64,000 nucleotides of DNA. Source: an uncultured Acidobacteriota bacterium. GTDB taxonomy: Bacteria > Acidobacteriota > Vicinamibacteria > Fen-336. The notes beneath the pieces are model-generated. The model was not told the DNA's origin, made no database searches, and saw nothing but the letters and a program-made list of their open reading frames with translations. Positions 62,968 to 64,000 of this stretch are shown piece after piece (position 1 is the first letter of the stretch; every line of letters starts with the position of its first letter). A program made the translations under genes and the position numbers. The stretch spans positions 2,144,001-2,208,000 of the forward strand of contig OY970399.1 in NCBI GenBank assembly GCA_963720545.1, written 5' to 3'.

Positions 62968-64000
62968 CTGCCCTTCCTTACTGCGCCAACGACGTAGCGG
63001 GCTCCCGGGACGCGCCGCACCTCACCGCTCAGTTCCAGCTCGCCCAGTACGCTCAGGAGCTTGGAACCGCGAAGGCCGGTGCGCTCTTCTATGTCTTCGA
63101 GTGCGTAAGGTACACCCGCGGTCAAGACCCCTCCGGCCAGGGACAGGCCGAAAGACGCTTCTTTGGCGGTGTGTTTCGAGATTTGAAGACCCAGGGACGC
63201 TGCCACGTCGGCTGCATTCCTTATCAGGGTAGCACCCTCGCGAATCAGCTCATTGGTTCCCTCGGACTGTCGCTGGCCCGGAAAACCGGGCACCGCCATG
63301 ACCTCGCGGCCGGCGTCTAGAGCCAGGCGGGCGGTGACGAGGGCACCGCTCTTTGGGGGCGCCTCGACCACAACGATTCCTTCGCAAAGTGCTGATATTA
63401 CACGGTTTCTCTGTGGAAACCGGCCGCGGTGGGGAGAGACCTGTGGCGGAAATTCGGACAACACCGCTCCGCGCTCCATCATCGCCCGGGCAAGGGCGCG
63501 GTTCTCCTCCGGATAGAAATGGTCGAAGCCGCCGCCCAGGACCCCGAGCGACACGCCTTCCGCGGCGACGGCGCCCGCGTGGGCTTCGGTGTCGATGCCG
63601 CGGGCGAGACCCGAGACGATCAGGGCCCCCGCGGCAGCGAGCTCGGTGGCGAGCGACCGCGCCAGCGCCCGGCCGCGGCCGCTGGCCGCGCGGGTGCCGA
63701 CGATGCCGATGGGCGGAGCGTTTTCGGCGAGGCTTGCGCGCCGCCCGAGGAGATAGAGGATCGGTGGCGGATCGCCGATCTCCTTGAGGAGCGGCGGATA
63801 ATCGGGGTCGCAGAGCGCCACCATCTCGATGCGGCGGCGCGTGAGCGTCTCGCGCAGCAAAGACGCCTCGTCGAAGGCCCTGCCCGAGGTGAGCCGCAGC
63901 CGCTGCGCTTCGCTCAGCAGGTTGGGGAAGGCAGCTGGATGACAAAGGACGTCGCGCAGGCCCGCGGCGCGCATGCGGGCGGCGCGCGCTGGCGCCACGT
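62964..64000 (-). CDS. dprA: DNA-protecting protein DprA/Smf (5' end outside window)
   Basis: YP.LL.EI.DPP, IVGTR, VSGLARGID..AH, FPQRNR.I, SGAL.TA, SEGTN.LI. Confidence 0.95.
   Translation of the reverse strand, partial: VAPARAARMRAAGLRDVLCHPAAFPNLLSEAQRLRLTSGRAFDEASLLRETLTRRRIEMVALCDPDYPPLLKEIGDPPPILYLLGRRASLAENAPPIGIVGTRAASGRGRALARSLATELAAAGALIVSGLARGIDTEAHAGAVAAEGVSLGVLGGGFDHFYPEENRALARAMMERGAVLSEFPPQVSPHRGRFPQRNRVISALCEGIVVVEAPPKSGALVTARLALDAGREVMAVPGFPGQRQSEGTNELIREGATLIRNAADVAASLGLQISKHTAKEASFGLSLAGGVLTAGVPYALEDIEERTGLRGSKLLSVLGELELSGEVRRVPGARYVVGAVRKGS

Overview
High-GC bacterial chromosomal window, densely coding, with about 52 real genes. Most long ORFs in the supplied track are GC-driven shadow frames, and many true starts lie inside them. 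Gene content and style suggest Acidobacteriota, possibly Vicinamibacteria-like (inference only). 1-10354 is a surface-glycan operon: GT9, a candidate nonulosonate transferase, two NeuB/SpsE synthases, an SpsF-like cytidylyltransferase, a NeuA-PseG/SpsG fusion, an NDP-sugar epimerase and a Wzx flippase. It runs straight into malic enzyme, sodC and dinB. 13183-32659 holds a divergent membrane protein, a FabZ-like gene and a 14-gene, almost fully translationally coupled operon (GNAT, deacetylase, 5 GT4, 3 methyltransferases, 3 paralogous GT-C-like membrane proteins, an FAD oxidoreductase). 32690-38378 has a DUF5916 barrel protein, an M14 peptidase and a gamma-CA-family gene. 38454-42577 is a further glycosyltransferase block including an ALG5/DPM-like GT2. 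42580-55360 is a minus-strand operon joining an LptM-motif FN3 lipoprotein, an FAH-family gene and a 3-subunit acyl-CoA carboxylase to tamB, a tamA/Omp85 gene and a PPIase-less SurA-like gene. 55835-64000 has an ECF sigma/anti-sigma triad and dprA-topA-trmFO-xerC. No rRNA, tRNA, CRISPR array or mobile element was recognised. The best candidates for undescribed biology are (i) the GT-C triad with its flavoenzyme and methyltransferases and (ii) a duplicated nonulosonate pathway in which one copy of each duplicated enzyme has an eroded active site. All family calls come from motif reading by eye; no searches were run.
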